This document shows positions 6,059-8,346 of a DNA stretch of 8,346 nucleotides, piece after piece. This DNA comes from Microcoleus sp. S13_C3. GTDB lineage: Bacteria > Cyanobacteriota > Cyanobacteriia > Cyanobacteriales > Microcoleaceae. The notes beneath the pieces were generated by a model, which saw only the letters and a program-made list of their open reading frames with translations, did not search any database and was not told where the DNA came from. A program made the translations under genes and the position numbers. Within the stretch, counting starts at the first letter, position 1. Every line of letters starts with the position of its first letter. The stretch lies in assembly GCA_036700905.1 (NCBI GenBank), contig JAUBPT010000012.1. The stretch is one strand, 5' to 3'.

Positions 6059-7234
6059 ATGTTCACCCATAAACCTCCAAAATCTCCATACAATATTCTT
6101 TCTTTTGACGGTGGCGTAATTCGTGGTCTTTTAACGGCGGTTTTGCTAGAAAAGCTAGAAGAAGAGCTACAGGAAAAGAATCCCGAAAAGGAATTAAAAG
6201 ATTACTTTGATATCATTGCCGGAACTTCTTCTGGCAGTCTCATTGCTTGCGGAATTGCTAGGGGATTTTCAGCCAAAAGGATTAAGAGTTTTTTTCAGGA
6301 ATATGGGCTCAAAATTTTCCCACCCTTAAAAGAAACTTTGACCAGCTTAATCTGGCGGTTAGTCAATACAGAGATGGATTTCAGTGAATTTGACACTTTT
6401 AATATCCTTTCTCAAAACCGTGAAGATGCCAAGAAATTTATGACTCAACCCGTCTATGACGGAAAAGGTTTGGAAGATGTACTCCAGCATATATTTGGCT
6501 ACCAGGAATTTGGTGAGTTGCCACAATTAGTGCTTGTGCCAAGCTACGATGTCTATAATCACGATGCTGTAATCTTCAAAAACAACAAAGAAGAGTTTAA
6601 AACGATGCCTGTGTGGGAAATTTGTAGGGCATCCGCCGCCGCACCTGTTGCTTTTCCTGCTCACGTCACGCACAATCAGGGATTCCTTAAATCTATTAAG
6701 TTGAAGGAAAATAAAGCTGAAGAAGCAGGGGAAGAACCAATCATAAAAGTAGGTAGAGAAGGTATCCCTTTGATTGATGGTGGTGTTGTTGCCAATAACC
6801 CTGTACTTTGTGCGATCGCAGAGGGTCGCAAACAATATAACACATTTCCTTCTGTAGTCGCTTCTTTTGGTTCGGGTTGGACTTTGAATCGGATTACAGT
6901 TCGAGAAGCTCAAGGTTGGGGTAGCTTGAATTGGGGAAGCGTGCTAAGGAATATCCCTTTGATGGATGTATTTTCTGATGGTTCAAGCGATGCTACGGAT
7001 TATATTGCTAAACAATTGCTGCTTGAGGGAGAGAGTGAATATTTCCGCTTTCAGCCTCTTCTGAAAAAGAATGTTAGTGCTTTTAGTGCCGCTCCCGATA
7101 ATCTCGATTTATTGGTTGAGATAGCAGAAGAATTTCTTAAAACTAAGGAATGCAAGGATGATATGAGCAAGCTTGTTAAATCCCTGACATCGCATCATTC
7201 CTTGTTGGATTCTGTGGTGGAGGCAATCACCTAA
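6059..7234 (+). CDS. Patatin-like phospholipase (391 aa), predicted cytoplasmic
   Basis: The oxyanion-hole motif is DGGVIRG (aa 17-23). The nucleophile elbow is G-T-S-S-G with Ser57 (nt 6227-6229). The ASAAAPVAFP block is present, as is the catalytic Asp in IDGGVVANNP (Asp240, nt 6776-6778). The SD AGAGAGGAA ends about 7 nt before the ATG. There is no N-terminal signal peptide. Confidence 0.92.
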   Translation: MFTHKPPKSPYNILSFDGGVIRGLLTAVLLEKLEEELQEKNPEKELKDYFDIIAGTSSGSLIACGIARGFSAKRIKSFFQEYGLKIFPPLKETLTSLIWRLVNTEMDFSEFDTFNILSQNREDAKKFMTQPVYDGKGLEDVLQHIFGYQEFGELPQLVLVPSYDVYNHDAVIFKNNKEEFKTMPVWEICRASAAAPVAFPAHVTHNQGFLKSIKLKENKAEEAGEEPIIKVGREGIPLIDGGVVANNPVLCAIAEGRKQYNTFPSVVASFGSGWTLNRITVREAQGWGSLNWGSVLRNIPLMDVFSDGSSDATDYIAKQLLLEGESEYFRFQPLLKKNVSAFSAAPDNLDLLVEIAEEFLKTKECKDDMSKLVKSLTSHHSLLDSVVEAIT

Positions 7235-7287
7235 TTTGAGTCAATCGTAAGATTGCTATTGAGTCAAGCTTAGGGATCAAAAGATAG

Positions 7288-7349
7288 AAACTGGGTTTTT
7301 TACGAAAATACTTCGTTGAAGGCCACAAATTCAGTAAAAAACCCGGTTT
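7288..7349 (+). terminator. Large-loop hairpin downstream of the patatin gene; a weak terminator candidate or a copy of a dispersed repeat
   Basis: AAACTGGGTTTTTTA (7288-7302) pairs with TAAAAAACCCGGTTT (7335-7349), 15 bp with one G-U and a 32-nt loop. It is followed by ATTTAG. It starts 54 nt after the patatin stop. The AU-rich stem and large loop make terminator function uncertain. Confidence 0.3.
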
Positions 7350-7430
7350 ATTTAGTCGATATTGATGTTGAGTTACAGAAATTCCAACATCATTCATTTC
7401 AACAAATTTTAATTCTTGAGGTAAACTACC

Positions 7431-8346
7431 ATGGCTACTTCTGATATAAAATCTGGTCAATTGGATAACAATGACATTATTTTTCCAGTTCCCCCTGAGC
7501 TTAGTGGCTTCACGCGGGCTGATGAATATGACTTGAATACAGATGCGATCGGGGAAGCACTCAAGCTTGCTCTTACAACTACAGATCCAAACAGCAAATA
7601 TGATCCGTTTCTGCAAGTTATAGATGTCAATACGGGTCGGGTGGTTGCTGATTCAGACGATGGATCTTCAGAGAGTCTAAACTCATTGATTGAAGCCGGT
7701 CAGCCTGCAGGAAATATTGATTTAGTTGACGATCCGGCAATTCCTAATTCTTTGACAATTGACGGCAGCGCCAAGTACAAAGTCCGCGTCACCAGCGTGA
7801 ATTCATTTACCAGCTCGTCGTCTACTTATCCCTACAGTTTGCGGGCCAGCGTTCCTAATGGTAATGTTAGTTTAGTTGCGAGAGGTAGCAACTTCAGCAG
7901 CAGCCCTCTAACGGGCAACTCTATTACCTTCGCTGGTAAATTGGAGAGCGCCAAAGACTTTACTTTTCCGGTCAAGGCTCCCAGTATTGGCAACACACTT
8001 GCGGATGAATTTCAAGTAAAAATATCCTCGGTGGGCGAACCGATCAAAATTTCCCTCAGCAGCACGACAAATGGCTTTGACCCTTATGTGGAAGTTGTCA
8101 ACGCTAATACTGGGGAAGTTGTTGACTTCAATGATGACGGTGGCGGTGGTAAGAATGCGCTGCTTTCTGTCCCGTACCAAGCAAATACTGAATACAGAAT
8201 CCGTGTCAGCAGTAAAACTGCATTAGCTTCCTCTGCTGATTACAGCTTACAGGTCAGCACTTCTTCTGGCAATACTGTCACTTTGACCCCCCGCAGTGGT
8301 GACACCGGATCATCGTCGAACAGTGGCGGTAACGGAACATCGACAG
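7431..8346 (+). CDS. Protein with two tandem pre-peptidase C-terminal (PPC)-like domains; 305 aa are seen and it continues past the right window edge
   Basis: This ORF is not in the supplied track because it is open-ended. ATG 7431 is the first start after an in-frame TAA at 7422, and GAGG lies 10 nt upstream. The frame stays open to 8346. Two homologous modules of about 120 aa are visible. The first runs DPFLQVIDVNTGRVVADSDDG...KYKVRVTS...YPYSLRAS. The second runs DPYVEVVNANTGEVVDFNDDGGGG...EYRIRVSS...DYSLQVS. This is the D-P-[YF]-h-x-h-h-[DN]-x-x-G-x-h-h-x-x-[ND]-D-D ... Y-x-h-x-V-x-S pattern of PPC/collagenase-type beta-sandwich domains. A Ser/Gly-rich linker follows. Confidence 0.8.
   Translation, partial: MATSDIKSGQLDNNDIIFPVPPELSGFTRADEYDLNTDAIGEALKLALTTTDPNSKYDPFLQVIDVNTGRVVADSDDGSSESLNSLIEAGQPAGNIDLVDDPAIPNSLTIDGSAKYKVRVTSVNSFTSSSSTYPYSLRASVPNGNVSLVARGSNFSSSPLTGNSITFAGKLESAKDFTFPVKAPSIGNTLADEFQVKISSVGEPIKISLSSTTNGFDPYVEVVNANTGEVVDFNDDGGGGKNALLSVPYQANTEYRIRVSSKTALASSADYSLQVSTSSGNTVTLTPRSGDTGSSSNSGGNGTST

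Noticed and set aside
6527-6913. 128-aa minus-strand ORF
   Set aside because: It lies entirely antisense within the well-supported patatin CDS. It has no motifs and a low-complexity, Phe/Arg-rich composition.
5690-7234. Matching amyloid-signalling (BASS-type) or other short homotypic motif between the patatin C-terminus and the STAND N-terminus
   Set aside because: The patatin tail (SKLVKSLTSHHSLLDSVVEAIT) and the NTPase N-terminus share no G/N/Q-rich or otherwise similar 20-25-residue motif. In addition, the genes are divergent rather than collinear as in described BASS pairs.
7227-8180. Minus-strand ORFs 7227..7616 (129 aa) and 7908..8180 (90 aa)
   Set aside because: They lie antisense to the open-ended plus-strand PPC-domain CDS (7431 onward). 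That CDS has an SD, internal repeat homology and family-typical motifs. The minus ORFs have none of these.

Overview
This is a cyanobacterial chromosomal segment: it carries psbD, and the HIP1 octamer GCGATCGC recurs at about 448, 2581, 2984, 3070, 5382 and 6817. From left to right on the minus strand there is the 5' end of a GAF-like signalling gene that runs off the window, a canonical pterin-4a-carbinolamine dehydratase gene, and then about 1 kb with no convincing ORF but many strong hairpins. A stand-alone psbD (D2) follows, with its own terminator and a near-consensus promoter. Upstream of that promoter lies an 86-bp tandem repeat array of about 3.7 copies. The right half is AT-richer and looks accessory. 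It holds a 673-689 aa NB-ARC-type STAND NTPase (N-terminal HTH-like domain, C-terminal pentapeptide stub, no WD40/TPR array). This gene is transcribed divergently from a 391 aa patatin-like phospholipase with all catalytic motifs intact. Next comes an open-ended gene, missing from the ORF track, that encodes tandem pre-peptidase-C-terminal (PPC)-like domains. The most interesting hypothesis is that the STAND NTPase and patatin lipase form a split NLR-like switch/effector or regulator/target module. Secondary leads are a riboswitch- or attenuator-like leader upstream of the dehydratase gene, the 86-bp repeat array, and several unexplained structured or inverted-repeat elements. All calls come from reading the sequence by eye. 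No database search or folding program was run.
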